NCBI GenBank assembly: GCA_030704615.1
Contig: CM060733.1
Location: 28,582,001 to 28,646,000 of the forward strand
Origin: Takakia lepidozioides
Lineage: Eukaryota > Plantae > Bryophyta
Reading direction: 5' to 3'
DNA length: 64,000 bases
The position numbers and the translations under genes are program-made. The notes under the pieces are model-generated. The model did not search any database. It saw only the letters and a list, made by a program, of their open reading frames with translations, and was not told the origin of the DNA. Below are positions 63,371 to 64,000 of the stretch, piece after piece. The first letter of the stretch is position 1, and each line of letters starts with the position of its first letter.

Positions 63371-64000
63371 GTTGGGCAGTACTACCACTAGTACAAGTGG
63401 AGTAAGCTGCGGCAGTGACTCGAGGAGCAGCATGAGTTCCTGAGCCACGGGGTGCGGAGGTGGAGTTTGATCCACAACGTGGGGAGGCAAGCCGTCAGGC
63501 CAGGCTTCCTCAGTCATTCACATTGGTGGAGACAGCGTCGACGCCGTCCATGGCACCTAGTACTCGCCCAACTGTTACCGAGGCGAAGGTTACTATGCCA
63601 TTGGGGAGAGCTACACCTTAGCAATACCACTACCTAGTGTTACTAAGGCTATGGCAGCTAGTGTGTTACTGGGGGCGGCCACATATTTGTGCCAAGCTCC
63701 ATTGTTCTCGGCTACCATGATTGCGACGCCGGGGGTAAGACCAGTTGAGGTGTTCAGGCTGGCAGCTACACTCTGTGAGAGTGAGGAGATTACTACATCA
63801 GAGGAGATAGTGGGAGGTGTAGTGCTGGAGAGATCCTCGGATGTGAGGGTCAAGACTACCACGACGGCGCCATGGCAAGCTGCAGCTGCTAGGTTGGCAG
63901 AGCTGCCAGGTAGGCCAGCCATTGAGCATGCCATGGTGACACCTGGAGTTGTCATGTTAAACAACCAGGATGACATTTTCTGTTTGAGTGGATTGGCAGG

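Overview
Eukaryotic nuclear DNA from a land plant, most likely a non-seed plant (bryophyte, lycophyte or fern-like; inferred from TE lineages, short introns and plant-type host genes). About 1-37.4 kb is a nested retrotransposon cluster. A Galadriel-like chromoviral Ty3/gypsy (element A, minus strand, 3'-truncated) inserted into the RT of a plus-strand non-chromoviral gypsy fragment. A second, full-length copy of that non-chromoviral family (element C, 10483-23783, TSD GCTCC) then inserted into A's 5' LTR. Next come a LINE ORF2 remnant and a full-length chromovirus (element B, 30300-37355, TSD TAGAT). Element C is the most unusual object: an extra ORF upstream of gag that starts inside the LTR, an integrase frame that stays open through a 30-bp/10-aa tandem array related to a decamer array in both LTRs, and a reconstructed ~1,160-1,180-codon extra ORF between pol and the PPT with a candidate splice acceptor. 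About 38-54.4 kb is a gene island: a UDP-glycosyltransferase and a COMT-like O-methyltransferase head-to-head, an orphan FabG exon, and intronless NOP53 head-to-head with TCTP across a telo-box promoter. The right end holds LINE and CACTA debris. All calls were made by eye without database searches, so family assignments are from recalled motifs.
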